64,000 nt of DNA, taken from NCBI GenBank assembly GCA_028287785.1, contig JAQBOZ010000017.1:72225-136224 (forward strand). Reading direction: 5' to 3'. Below the pieces are notes generated by a model. It saw only the letters and a program-made list of their open reading frames with translations, ran no database searches and was not told the DNA's origin. The translations under genes and the position numbers were made by a program. This DNA comes from Chlorobiota bacterium. Its GTDB lineage: Bacteria; Bacteroidota; Ignavibacteria; OLB7. Within the stretch, counting starts at the first letter, position 1; every line of letters starts with the position of its first letter. This document shows, one piece after another, positions 23,764 through 33,677 of this stretch.

Positions 23764-24726
23764 ATGAACGCAGAAGAACGGAAGCGTATACTCGCGGGAA
23801 GGAAGGGCTCCAACAAGCGCTCCACCAACGCCCGGAATCCCGGAGCCGGAACCACGCCGGGGGAGCCGCCGCGCACGTTCGGCGAGGAGCTTCTCTCATG
23901 GGTGAAGACCATCGTCAGCGCGTTGCTGATCGTGATGGTGGTCAACGGCCTGCTGATCGCCTCCTTCGTGGTCCCCACCGGATCGATGGAGAATGAGGTG
24001 ATGGCGGGGGATTTCCTCTTCGTCAACAAGTTCATCTACGGCGGCTCCACCCCACAGACCATTCCGTTCCTCGATACCCCTCTGCCATACTATCGATTCC
24101 CCGGCATCCGCGAGCCGAAGAAAGGGGACGTTATCGTCTTCATCTTCCCCGGCATGCGCGATCAGCGGAAGGCCGATGAGTTCCAGTACTATCTGAAGCG
24201 CTGCGTTGCCGTCGCCGGCGATACTCTCCAGGTGAAGAACAAGAAGGTCTTCATCAACGGCCAGGAGCAGCCCACGCCGACCAACGCGCGGTTCGAGCCG
24301 GGCCTGCCCCAGCCCGACGACACCCTCCGCACCTTTCCCGAATATGCCCACTATACCCGCGACAACTGGGGTCCGGTCCGCATTCCGAAAAAGGGGGATG
24401 TGATTCAGATGAACGATTCCACCTTCTATCGCTGGTACATTTTCATTCAGCGGGAAGGGCATGAGGTGGAGAAGGAAGGGCAGATTGTGACGGTCGATGG
24501 GAAGCCGGCCACATCCTACACGGTACAGCGCGACTACTGTTTCGGCATGGGAGACAATCGCGATAACTCGCTCGACAGCCGCTACTGGGGCTTTGTTCCC
24601 ATCGAAAATGTCGTGGGGACGCCCCTGTTTGTCTACTGGTCGTGGGACCCCAACCTCTCCCTTTCGCAGCTTGGCGACAAACTGAGCTCGATACGGTGGA
24701 GCAGAATATTCAAGGGGGTTCACTGA
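23764..24726 (+). CDS. lepB: Signal peptidase I
   Basis: Catalytic serine box PTGSMENE, lysine box KRCVAVAGDT and GDNRDNSLDSRYWG. Start at MNAEERK (23764). Confidence 0.8.
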   Translation: MNAEERKRILAGRKGSNKRSTNARNPGAGTTPGEPPRTFGEELLSWVKTIVSALLIVMVVNGLLIASFVVPTGSMENEVMAGDFLFVNKFIYGGSTPQTIPFLDTPLPYYRFPGIREPKKGDVIVFIFPGMRDQRKADEFQYYLKRCVAVAGDTLQVKNKKVFINGQEQPTPTNARFEPGLPQPDDTLRTFPEYAHYTRDNWGPVRIPKKGDVIQMNDSTFYRWYIFIQREGHEVEKEGQIVTVDGKPATSYTVQRDYCFGMGDNRDNSLDSRYWGFVPIENVVGTPLFVYWSWDPNLSLSQLGDKLSSIRWSRIFKGVH

Positions 24727-24825
24727 TCCGGTCAGGGCTGGAATCGGTGCCGTGGCCTGAGAGGCCCCTCCGGGGCTTATCGCTCCGATCTCTCATAGAT
24801 TCCGTGAAGCGGGGATGATCCATCG

Positions 24826-25701
24826 ATGGATGTTCCAGAACAAGTTTCCAGCGAGCCTTCGGCACCGGCCCGGCCCGATTCCGGACCACTTTCTGAGGAT
24901 CGGCGCCGGCTGCGAATCCTTGTACGGATACTGCTGATCACCGGCCTTGTCCTGGTTCTGGTCCGGGTATTTATCCTGGAACCGTATGCGATTCCCACCG
25001 GCTCCATGCGGCCGGTAATCCTCGAGGGGGATGTTATCCTGGTGAGCAAGCTCCCCTACAGGATTCGTTCGCTCAGATATCTTCCGTTCACCCAAACACC
25101 GCTCCCGTATCTGGAGCTTCCCGGCCTTGGTCATCTCGAACGGGGCGATGTCGTGGTGTTCGATTATCCGTTTCCGAGCGAGATCAACCCCGGCGAGGGG
25201 ACGCAGTATGTGAAGCGCGCCTTGGCGATTGCCGGCGATACGGTGCAGTTGGTTGAGGGGCGGATCAGGGTGAACGGCCGTGAGGTCCCCTCCCGCTGGG
25301 GTGTCGAGGAGGATGGCCGCAACCGGCGGGCCCCCGTGATCCCGGAACAGGCATCGCGCCTCTTTCGCGCCGGCGATCCGGTTGTTACCCCCTTCAAGGG
25401 CTACGAGATTCAGATCGATTCGGTCATCGCCGAACGGTGGCGGCTGGTGATGGAGGGGGAGGGCTACTCCGTCGGCTTCCGCAATCATATCGTCTTCATC
25501 GGCGGGCTTCCGGCAACGCGATACACGTTCAAGCGGGATTATTTCCTGGCGCTCGGGGATAACTCCCTGATCAGCAAGGACAGCCGGTACTTCGGGTTCG
25601 TTCCGTACGATAATCTAATCGGCCGGGCCTGGATGATCTACTGGTCCCGCGATCCCGACGATGGCGTTCGATGGGGCCGTATCTGCAATCTCATTCGTTG
25701 A
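24826..25701 (+). CDS. lepB: Signal peptidase I (second paralog)
   Basis: PTGSMRPV, KRALAIAGDTV and GDNSLISKDSRYFG boxes. Tandem with the first lepB, downstream of lepA. Confidence 0.75.
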   Translation: MDVPEQVSSEPSAPARPDSGPLSEDRRRLRILVRILLITGLVLVLVRVFILEPYAIPTGSMRPVILEGDVILVSKLPYRIRSLRYLPFTQTPLPYLELPGLGHLERGDVVVFDYPFPSEINPGEGTQYVKRALAIAGDTVQLVEGRIRVNGREVPSRWGVEEDGRNRRAPVIPEQASRLFRAGDPVVTPFKGYEIQIDSVIAERWRLVMEGEGYSVGFRNHIVFIGGLPATRYTFKRDYFLALGDNSLISKDSRYFGFVPYDNLIGRAWMIYWSRDPDDGVRWGRICNLIR

Positions 25702-25780
25702 TCGGTCACGGCAATGACGTGGACCCGGCGACGGTTCTCCAGGCCACGTGGAACGGTGGTTTCGTGGCGCAGGCATTTAC

Positions 25781-27007
25781 ATGGCGGGTCTCTACATCCA
25801 TATCCCCTTCTGCGAGAAGAAGTGCATCTACTGCAGCTTCTACTCGATCGAAACGATCGAGGGGAAGGGGCGATTTCTGAGCGCCGTGGTTCGAGAGATC
25901 GATATGCGGGCCGACGCGCTGGAGGCGGCCGGAGAGGCGCCCCGGCTCTACGATACGATCTTCTTCGGGGGAGGAACGCCATCGCTGCTGTCACCGGAGG
26001 AGATCGGCTCCATCATGGCGGCGCTGCGGCGACGTTTTACGATCGGCGACGATGCCGAGATCACCATGGAGTGCAACCCCGGCGCCCTTACCGCGGAGTG
26101 GCTGGAGGGATATCGCTCGCTTGGCGTGAACCGGCTCAGCTTCGGCGTGCAGTCATTCCACGACGACGAACTTCGCTTCCTGAGCCGCATTCATACGGCG
26201 GATGAAGCGCGACGAAGCATCGCTCTGGCACGGAGTGTCTTCGAGAATGTTTCGCTTGACCTTATATTCGCCCTTCCAAATCAGACACGGGAGCGTTGGC
26301 GGAGCAATCTGCTTGAGGGGATACGACTTGGAACCGGCCATATCAGCGCATATTCGTTGATTTTCGAGGAAGGAACCAGATTGAACGCGATGCGTCTGGC
26401 CGGTGAGGTAACTCCCGCGCCGGAGGATCTGGATGCCGATATGTACGAGGAGACGATGTCGACCCTCGCCGGGCACGGTTTCGAGCAGTACGAGGTAAGC
26501 AATTACGCTCGCCCCGGCCGGGAGTGCAGACATAACATCGGATACTGGGAGCGGAGAAGCTATATGGCGTTCGGCCCTTCGGCGCACGGCTTTCTTCGTG
26601 GTGCCGGAAGCCAGGTCCGATGGGGGAACATCTCCAACCTGAGCGCCTATCTGGGCGCGGTGGAGGAGGGGACGCTTCCGGTGGCATCGAGCGAAGTGCT
26701 CTCGCCGCAGCTTATGATCGAGGAGATCATCTTTCTCGGTCTCCGCAGCAGTGGGGTCATGCTCGACGAATTTCAGAAGATCGCCGGGATCGATCTCGCC
26801 GATATCGCGGCGAAGGAGATTGCGGCGTATGCCAATGATGGCTATGTGCTTCGGAACGGCGGGCGTCTGACGGTGACCCGGAAGGGATACGCATTCGCCG
26901 ATCGTATCGCTCTCGAGCTCATCAGCGCGGTGGAGCGGGGGCTTCCAACCCTAATGGAGCCCCGGCTGATACTGCCGAGCCTGACGGTCGTTGCTTCCGC
27001 AGCCTGA
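25781..27007 (+). CDS. hemW: Radical SAM family heme chaperone HemW (HemN-like)
   Basis: CEKKCIYCSF radical-SAM motif directly after the start MAGLYIHIPF, plus the HemN C-terminal domain. Confidence 0.8.
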   Translation: MAGLYIHIPFCEKKCIYCSFYSIETIEGKGRFLSAVVREIDMRADALEAAGEAPRLYDTIFFGGGTPSLLSPEEIGSIMAALRRRFTIGDDAEITMECNPGALTAEWLEGYRSLGVNRLSFGVQSFHDDELRFLSRIHTADEARRSIALARSVFENVSLDLIFALPNQTRERWRSNLLEGIRLGTGHISAYSLIFEEGTRLNAMRLAGEVTPAPEDLDADMYEETMSTLAGHGFEQYEVSNYARPGRECRHNIGYWERRSYMAFGPSAHGFLRGAGSQVRWGNISNLSAYLGAVEEGTLPVASSEVLSPQLMIEEIIFLGLRSSGVMLDEFQKIAGIDLADIAAKEIAAYANDGYVLRNGGRLTVTRKGYAFADRIALELISAVERGLPTLMEPRLILPSLTVVASAA

Positions 27008-27126
27008 CGGATAGATGCTGGCCCGGCACCCGATCAGGTGGTTTGAAGGTCGATGCCAAGCGCAGTCGGCCTTTGCATCATGTTCGATACCAGGATCTCT
27101 AATTAGTTATTAATCGAGGAGTTTCG

Positions 27127-30100
27127 ATGAAGCAATACACGCTGATCAATCGTGTTCTTGCAGGCGTGTCGTTTCTGGTCGCACTGATCACCTACACGCT
27201 GACGCTCCAGCCGTCGGTTCCGTTCTGGGATTGCGGTGAGTTCAGCGCGGCTACTGCCTGGCAGCAGGTTCCGCATCCCCCCGGAGCGCCGCTCTTCCTG
27301 ATCGTCGCCCGGTGGTTCCATATGATTCCCATCGGCGATCCTGGGTGGCGAATCAACATGGTTTCGGCGGTGAGTTCCGCCTTTACAGCCGCCGTCGTCT
27401 ATCTGATCGTCGTGAAGATGATCGAGCGGTGGCGTCCGTTCCGCGAGGGGCACTCCCCGATGAGCTACATCCCGACGTTTGGCGGGGCAATCATCGGCGC
27501 GCTTTCGTTCACCTGGTGCGATACGCAGTGGTTCAACTCCGTGGAGTCCGAGGTGTATGCCGCCGGAACGCTCCTTATCGCCATCCTGATCTGGCTGATG
27601 ATGCGCTGGAACGAGGTCGCGGAAAAGCGGGGACACGAGCGGTATCTGCTGCTGATGGCCTATGTGGTCGGCCTGGCGTTCGGCGTTCACCTGCTGGCGC
27701 TCCTTGTGGTGCCGGCCGTCGCCATGGTGATCTACTTCCGTCGCTACAAGTTCACCCCGTGGAGCTTCACCGTGATGCTCGGCATCACCGGCATCGTCTT
27801 CTTCTTCCTCGTCTACAAGGCTCCGCTTCAGTATATCCCGAAGCTCACCGCCATCAACCCGATTATCGGCTTCATGGTGGTGGTTGCGCTGCTTGGAGTT
27901 CTCTGGTGGTCCGTGCGCGAACGGAAGACGGTGGTCTATCTTTCAACCGCATCGTTCCTTCTGATCCTCCTCGGGTTTACCACCTACGCCCACATCCTCA
28001 TGCGCGCAAACGCTCATCCGGTGATGAACGAGAACGAGCCGGATACCGTGAGCGAGCTGGTGGGCTATCTGGGCCGCGAACAGTACGGCAACCGCGGATC
28101 GTGGCCGCGCCGGCAGGAGACCGAATCGTACTACCGGCAGTATCAGGACAAGTACGGCGAGTGGTTTGAGCCGGTGGGCCGCAACGATGACGGCACCTAT
28201 CAGTACGATCAGGTCAACGTTGCCGGTGAGGTGAACTTCCTGCTGAAGTACCAGTGCTATCACATGTATTTCCGCTATCTCCTCTGGAATTTCTACGGTC
28301 GGGTCAGCGATGTTCAGGATGCGGAGGCCGCCGGGTTCAGTGTGAACCCGCAGGAAAAGGCGCAGTTTATCACGCCGACCGGCTACCCCGATGTGTTCCC
28401 GATCCGCTTCTTCGCGCTGCCGTTTCTCCTTGGGCTGATCGGCATGTTCTACCATTTCAAGCGCGACTGGAAGATGGCGCTGGCGTTTATGACGCTCTTT
28501 CTGCTGCTGGGCATCGTCGCCACATTGCAACAGAACCAGCAGCAGCCGCAGCCGCGCGAGCGTGATTACTTCTACGTGGGCTCCTTCATGGTCTTCGCGA
28601 TGTGGATCGGTATCGGCGTCACCGGTATCGCCGAACAGCTCGGAAAGCCGAAGCTGGTGGAGTCGGATGAGGAGGATGGCGAACTGCACGAGCAGGGCGT
28701 GGGCCGCGTGGGCCTGATGACGGCGATCGTGGCGGTCGGCTTCGTCATGGCGCCGCTCAACATGGCGGTCGGTGGCTGGAAGGCGCACGATCGATCCAAG
28801 AACTGGGTGCCGTGGGATTATGCCTACAACATCCTCCAGAGTTGCGAGAAGGATGCGATCCTCTTCTGCAACGGTGATAACGACACCTTCCCTCTCTGGT
28901 ACATGCAGGATGTCGCCGGCGTGCGGCAGGATATCCGTGTGGTCAATCTCTCGCTGGGACAGACCCCGTGGTATATCTGGCAGTTGAAGAACGAGCGGCC
29001 CTGGAACGCCAAGCAGGTCCCCATCAGCTTCTCCAACGAGATGCTGAAGAAGGGAGAGGATGAGGAGGGAGGGCTCCGTCCGGAGATCGCCCGCGAGGCG
29101 CAGACCGTTGTTATCGATGTTCCCGCCGACGTTATGTCCTGGGCCACCAACGGCAAGAACGCGCAGGCCGGAAAGATGGAATGGAAGATGCGCGGTGGCG
29201 ATTATCCGGGACAGGCACAGGGGACCTTCATGGGCGTCCAGCACAAGCTGGTTCGCGATATCATGGAGACCAACCACTGGAAGCGCCCGATCTACTTCTC
29301 CTCCTCCACCCAGAGCGATGTCTGGTCGGGCCTGGAGAACTATTTCAGGACCGAGGGAATGGCCTACCGGATCATGCCGGTGCCGCAGCCGCAGAACTCC
29401 ATCAACCTGGATGTGATGCGGAAATGCCTCCTGGGCGTCCTTCCCGGCAACGACTTCAAGACCGATCCGTCCTACGGCTTCAAGTTCCGCTATCTGAACG
29501 ACAAGAGCGCCTTCTTCATGGATGATCACCGTCGTCTGGTGGTCACCTACCGTCTGCTGTACGACCGTCTGGCGCAGTACGAGCTGACCGAGGGGAAGAA
29601 CCCGAAGGGGGCAATCGCGGCGCTCGACAAGCTGGAGCAGGAGATCGACCCGGATATGTTCAACATGCCGTATCAGATCTCCCAGGAGATCGCCCGGATC
29701 TACAAGGAGGCCGGCGCTCCGGAGAAGGCGGCGAAGTACGCAAAGCTGACCCTCAAGGCGCTGGATGAGCAGAAGGATATCGATGACAACGGCGGAACAT
29801 CCCGCTACAGCGGCAGCCCGGCGGAGGTGCTTGCGGCGCGTGCGGCGATGTACGAGCTGATGGGTGATTATGATCGCGCGAAGAAGGAGTACCAGACGCA
29901 GGATCAGAACAACCCGAACGTCCGCGGGCAGATCGAGCTGATCGACCTCCAGCAGTTCCTCGACAAGAAGGATACGGCCGGCGCCATCAACCAGCTCAAG
30001 AAGATCATTGCCGGCTACGGCAAGGATTCCAGCAATACGGCGATGCAGCGGAACGCCGAGGTCTTCAAGCAGCGGCTCTCCGAGCTGATGAAGACGCCGA

Positions 30101-30156
30101 TCGACAATACCTCGGTAAGCGACTCCACGGCCGGCTCATCGGCGCGCGGCAACTGA
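27127..30156 (+). CDS. DUF2723 domain-containing membrane protein (TMEM260-like, GT-C fold glycosyltransferase-like) with C-terminal TPR-like region
   Basis: The N-terminus carries the family hallmark SVPFWDCGEF...HPPGAPLF, with many TM helices over ~500 aa. The ~450-aa soluble C-terminal part has TPR-like helices. Confidence 0.75.
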   Translation: MKQYTLINRVLAGVSFLVALITYTLTLQPSVPFWDCGEFSAATAWQQVPHPPGAPLFLIVARWFHMIPIGDPGWRINMVSAVSSAFTAAVVYLIVVKMIERWRPFREGHSPMSYIPTFGGAIIGALSFTWCDTQWFNSVESEVYAAGTLLIAILIWLMMRWNEVAEKRGHERYLLLMAYVVGLAFGVHLLALLVVPAVAMVIYFRRYKFTPWSFTVMLGITGIVFFFLVYKAPLQYIPKLTAINPIIGFMVVVALLGVLWWSVRERKTVVYLSTASFLLILLGFTTYAHILMRANAHPVMNENEPDTVSELVGYLGREQYGNRGSWPRRQETESYYRQYQDKYGEWFEPVGRNDDGTYQYDQVNVAGEVNFLLKYQCYHMYFRYLLWNFYGRVSDVQDAEAAGFSVNPQEKAQFITPTGYPDVFPIRFFALPFLLGLIGMFYHFKRDWKMALAFMTLFLLLGIVATLQQNQQQPQPRERDYFYVGSFMVFAMWIGIGVTGIAEQLGKPKLVESDEEDGELHEQGVGRVGLMTAIVAVGFVMAPLNMAVGGWKAHDRSKNWVPWDYAYNILQSCEKDAILFCNGDNDTFPLWYMQDVAGVRQDIRVVNLSLGQTPWYIWQLKNERPWNAKQVPISFSNEMLKKGEDEEGGLRPEIAREAQTVVIDVPADVMSWATNGKNAQAGKMEWKMRGGDYPGQAQGTFMGVQHKLVRDIMETNHWKRPIYFSSSTQSDVWSGLENYFRTEGMAYRIMPVPQPQNSINLDVMRKCLLGVLPGNDFKTDPSYGFKFRYLNDKSAFFMDDHRRLVVTYRLLYDRLAQYELTEGKNPKGAIAALDKLEQEIDPDMFNMPYQISQEIARIYKEAGAPEKAAKYAKLTLKALDEQKDIDDNGGTSRYSGSPAEVLAARAAMYELMGDYDRAKKEYQTQDQNNPNVRGQIELIDLQQFLDKKDTAGAINQLKKIIAGYGKDSSNTAMQRNAEVFKQRLSELMKTPIDNTSVSDSTAGSSARGN

Positions 30157-30203
30157 CGCCGATATGAGGCGGTTTTCCGGCTCATTACCTGATTAACGCG
30201 GAT

Positions 30204-30250
30204 ACGTGCCGGTGGTGGCACATGCCTTCGGGCAGCTTCCACCGGCACGT
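30204..30250. other. 12-bp perfect inverted repeat (acgtgccggtgg ... ccaccggcacgt) between the DUF2723 and GT2 genes
   Basis: Seen directly. It sits 48 nt after the DUF2723 stop and 18 nt before the GT2 start. It could be a terminator, attenuator or protein-binding site. Confidence 0.35.
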
Positions 30251-30267
30251 TCTGTATATTTACCCGT

Positions 30268-31008
30268 ATGAACCTCTCCTTCATCGTTCCGGCCTATAAC
30301 GAATCCGAGCGTATCGAGGCTTCGATCATCAAGATGATCGATTATTTCTCGCGGCAGCCCTACGCCTACGAGGTGATCGTGGTGGATGATGGATCGCGCG
30401 ATAATACGCCGGATATTGTTCGGCGCTATGCGGGCGAACGGATTCGCCTGCTCCAGCAGCCACGCAACATGGGGAAGGGGGCAGCGGTCCGGCGCGGGAT
30501 GCTGGAGGGAAAAGGGGACTATCGAATCTTCTCCGATGCCGATTTCTCCACCCCGATCACCGAGACCGGACGGATGCTCGAGTTCCTGACATCGTATGAT
30601 GTGGTGATAGGGAGCCGGGCAATCGATGAGAGCTTTATCAGGGAACATCAGCCGTGGTATCGGGAGACGATGGGGAAGATCTTCAACAAGATGGTCCAGC
30701 TTGTGGCCGTGTCCGGGATCAAGGATACGCAATGCGGCTTCAAGGGCTTCCGTGGCGAGGCCGCGACGCAGATTTTCAGTCGCACATTGATCGATGGCTT
30801 CAGTTTCGACGTGGAAGCGCTCTTTCTGGCACGAAGTCTGGGGTACTCCATCAGGGAGATACCTGTTGAATGGTACAATGACGCGCGCTCCACGCTTAAC
30901 CCGATATCGGACTCGCTGAAGATGTTTCGCGAGTTGCTGAAGATCCGTTCGCTTCACCGCGACCGGCCGGTTTCCAGCTCGGTGCGGAAGGAGATCGGAT
31001 CGCACTGA
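30268..31008 (+). CDS. GT2 family polyprenyl-phosphate sugar synthase (Dpm1/Ppm1/GtrB-like)
   Basis: N-terminal GT-A motifs (IVPAYNESERI, VVDDGSRDNT, DAD) resemble dolichyl/polyprenyl-phosphate mannose or glucose synthases. Confidence 0.8.
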   Translation: MNLSFIVPAYNESERIEASIIKMIDYFSRQPYAYEVIVVDDGSRDNTPDIVRRYAGERIRLLQQPRNMGKGAAVRRGMLEGKGDYRIFSDADFSTPITETGRMLEFLTSYDVVIGSRAIDESFIREHQPWYRETMGKIFNKMVQLVAVSGIKDTQCGFKGFRGEAATQIFSRTLIDGFSFDVEALFLARSLGYSIREIPVEWYNDARSTLNPISDSLKMFRELLKIRSLHRDRPVSSSVRKEIGSH

Positions 31009-31084
31009 AGGGTGATAAACCGCGCGTTATATGCCTTCGCCGGGATCTCATGATGATGTGAGAACCTGATCAGACGGAGGAGCG

Positions 31085-31735
31085 ATGAACGACCAGCAGA
31101 ATGACCTTGAGGCGATTCACCAGAGTATCCGCGAGCGCTATCCGATGTATATCGTGAACCAGGGGTTCGAGCATTGGCTTCTCGATCGCACCGGTGCCGA
31201 TCTCACGGCGCTCGACCGGTATTTCCGCCTTCTGGATGACTACGGCTATCTCAGCGGCGACGGAACGCTCGCGGCGGATTATGCGGACATGCCCGGCCCA
31301 TCGGAGGTAACTGGCGATATCGAACGCCGTCTGGCCGGGCTGCCGCCGACGACCCTTGAAATGCTCGGTCGGGCAAGCGTGGAGGGGGAGCGGTTCAGAG
31401 TGGAGCCGCTGGCGATGCCGGGGGGAGGCCTCCATCAGGCGGAAGCGCTTCTTCAACCGGCGGTAACGGCCGGGGTGATTGCCTGCGACCGTGGAAGCTC
31501 CGACCTCTCTCCCCTGAAACATCGCTATCGATTCCTTCCGATGCGGACGCGGAAGATGGTCTACGACAGGCTTTCCGAGGCCCAGCGTGCGGACTATCAT
31601 GCGTCGCTGGTGGATTCGCTCAGCATGGAACTGGAACGGGCCGATGATCCCGGCGCTCGCGACATGATCAGCGGGATGATCAGCGAGCATAATAAAAGCG
31701 TTACCCGTCCCGACCCTCCGCCGGAAAAGGAGTAA
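31085..31735 (+). CDS. Hypothetical protein
   Basis: 216-aa ORF preceded by SD-like ggagga. No recognisable domain. Confidence 0.4.
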   Translation: MNDQQNDLEAIHQSIRERYPMYIVNQGFEHWLLDRTGADLTALDRYFRLLDDYGYLSGDGTLAADYADMPGPSEVTGDIERRLAGLPPTTLEMLGRASVEGERFRVEPLAMPGGGLHQAEALLQPAVTAGVIACDRGSSDLSPLKHRYRFLPMRTRKMVYDRLSEAQRADYHASLVDSLSMELERADDPGARDMISGMISEHNKSVTRPDPPPEKE

Positions 31736-31867
31736 TCGCGCATGGCGCCATATCTCCCCCACGGATCGCGCCGGACGGGCCTGGAACCTCTACCCGATAT
31801 GAGCATCGCGGCTCCCGCCGAATCGCTGGCTCGCTCGTTGCAGTGAAATAACGGCGATGGCCGGTTG

Positions 31868-32326
31868 ATGCATCCGCATGAGAAATACCGTATGGAAAAT
31901 GTTAAAGAATGGTCGGCGGGGGGAGTAGTGTTGCGGCGTACCGGTGAAGGACAACTTGAAGTGCTGCTGATCCAGCATAGCATGCACAGAGGATGGAGCT
32001 TCCCGAAGGGATGGGTGGAGCCGGGGGAAACCCCGCAGCAGGCCGCCATCCGCGAAGTGGAGGAGGAGTCCGGCGTGCTAGCGGAGATCATCGCCGATCT
32101 TCCCCCAACGCGATACTTTTTCGTCAACCGGGAGAAGCAGCGCGTGGCGAAAACCGTTACCTGGTATCTTATGCGTTACCTGGGGGAGGGAAATCAGACT
32201 CATGCATTCGAGGTAAGCGCGGTGGAGTGGCTTCCGATCGAGGCCGTTCATACCCGGCTCAGCTATAAGAATGACAAGGATCTCTTCTCCGTCGCCCTTG
32301 GCGAAATCGTTCGCGCAACTCTCTGA
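31868..32326 (+). CDS. NUDIX hydrolase
   Basis: Nudix box GWVEPGETPQQAAIREVEEESGV. Alternative starts are TTG 31865 or ATG 31892. Confidence 0.7.
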   Translation: MHPHEKYRMENVKEWSAGGVVLRRTGEGQLEVLLIQHSMHRGWSFPKGWVEPGETPQQAAIREVEEESGVLAEIIADLPPTRYFFVNREKQRVAKTVTWYLMRYLGEGNQTHAFEVSAVEWLPIEAVHTRLSYKNDKDLFSVALGEIVRATL

Positions 32327-32521
32327 TTCGGTTCCCCCAACTCTGATCCACCACGTCGCTGTCGCACGTCGTTGCTAAAAAAATGAATTGAAATTCCCGG
32401 AAAGAACGCTATGTTCGGGCCACTCCCCTCGGGGAGCTTCTTGTATAGGAGCTTCACCATCGGCTTTTTCTGCGCGCACAATGGCGCGCGTTACCGCTCA
32501 TAAACATTGAAGGTAGTCAGC

Positions 32522-33052
32522 ATGAAGATGATCAGATCCCTTCTCCTTACTCTCATTTTCGGTGTGTTCCTGCTGGGTGCCGCTACGGCATCGGCACAGA
32601 GGGGAACCCCGAACATTGCGCCTGACAAGCAGTTCGGTATCGGTGTATTTACCGGCGGCTCGTTCACGGGTGGCGGCATCACCGGCCAGTATGCCATCAG
32701 CCCATCGCTTCAGCTCGGCGTCGCCCTTGGCGTCCAGGGCTCCAGCGCGAACAGCACGACTGTCACGAACTACAGCACCGAGATCTACGGCCGCTTCCTG
32801 TTCGAGGGAAATGTCAACCCGTTCCTTCAGGCCACGTTCGGTCGCACGTCGCAGGATTTTGCGACGGGGACCACCACCACGACCACAACCGCCAACTCGC
32901 TTGCGGTTGGGTTCGGCCTCGAGTATTTCTTTAATCACAACGTTGGCGTTCAGGCCATGGTAAATGTGATCAAGCTCAACTTTGATCCGAGCAGCACGGA
33001 GTTTGGTTTTGCCAACGGCCGTGTCGGCATTGAGTGGTACTTCAACCCGTAG
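32522..33052 (+). CDS. Outer-membrane beta-barrel protein (small porin/OmpA-like barrel family)
   Basis: Signal peptide ending ASA-Q, alternating hydrophobic beta-strand pattern, Gly/Thr-rich loops and a C-terminal aromatic-rich strand. Confidence 0.6.
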   Translation: MKMIRSLLLTLIFGVFLLGAATASAQRGTPNIAPDKQFGIGVFTGGSFTGGGITGQYAISPSLQLGVALGVQGSSANSTTVTNYSTEIYGRFLFEGNVNPFLQATFGRTSQDFATGTTTTTTTANSLAVGFGLEYFFNHNVGVQAMVNVIKLNFDPSSTEFGFANGRVGIEWYFNP

Positions 33053-33086
33053 TCGGTGTTCGACGATAATGTATCGTATCGGAGGA

Positions 33087-33120
33087 CGGCCCGGATAGTC
33101 TCTATCCGGGCCGCTTTCGC
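33087..33120 (+). terminator. Terminator hairpin after the OMP gene
   Basis: cggcccggata (loop gtctc) tatccgggccg followed by ctttcgc. Confidence 0.5.
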
Positions 33121-33164
33121 ATTCCTCCCTTGCCTCGATGTATCCTGCCAGCTATACTTGCCCG

Positions 33165-33575
33165 ATGCGGATTCTTTCGATCGATTTCGGCACCGTTCGG
33201 ATAGGAACAGCCCTCTCCGATGAGCTGAAGATGCTTGCCTCTCCCTACAGGGTGCTTCCATACTCCCGGAACTCCCCCGCCGAGATCGCCGCAATCGTGG
33301 CGGAACAGAAGGTGGAGAAGGTGGTGATGGGGATGCCGTATGCGCTGGACGGGACGGAATCGGAGATGACGCGGCAGACGAAAAACTTCGCCGAAAAGCT
33401 GAGAGCCCTTATACCCTGCCCGGTGGTGGAATGGGATGAGGCGTTCAGCTCACGCAGGGCGGGGGAGCAGATGCGGGGCGCCGGCATCAAAAAAAAGAAG
33501 CGGAGCCGGAAGGGGATGGCCGATACATGGGCCGCGGCGATCATCCTTCAGGAATATCTCGACGCACTTCGCTGA
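33165..33575 (+). CDS. ruvX: Holliday junction resolvase-like protein RuvX/YqgF
   Basis: RNase H-fold N-terminus MRILSIDFGTVRIGTALSD. Confidence 0.8.
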   Translation: MRILSIDFGTVRIGTALSDELKMLASPYRVLPYSRNSPAEIAAIVAEQKVEKVVMGMPYALDGTESEMTRQTKNFAEKLRALIPCPVVEWDEAFSSRRAGEQMRGAGIKKKKRSRKGMADTWAAAIILQEYLDALR

Positions 33576-33677
33576 CATGCTTGCCGTCCTTCCCTCATTC
33601 GGTTTTCCATCAGTGCCCGGACATCGGCTCCTTGCTCCATTTGTCCCTGGCTTCCTCAGCAGTAGATTTGCCGCTCT

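Noticed and set aside
25714-26205. 163-aa ORF upstream of and overlapping the hemW start
   Set aside because: It is out of frame with hemW, whose radical-SAM motif begins right after ATG 25781. The translation is Arg/Gly-rich.
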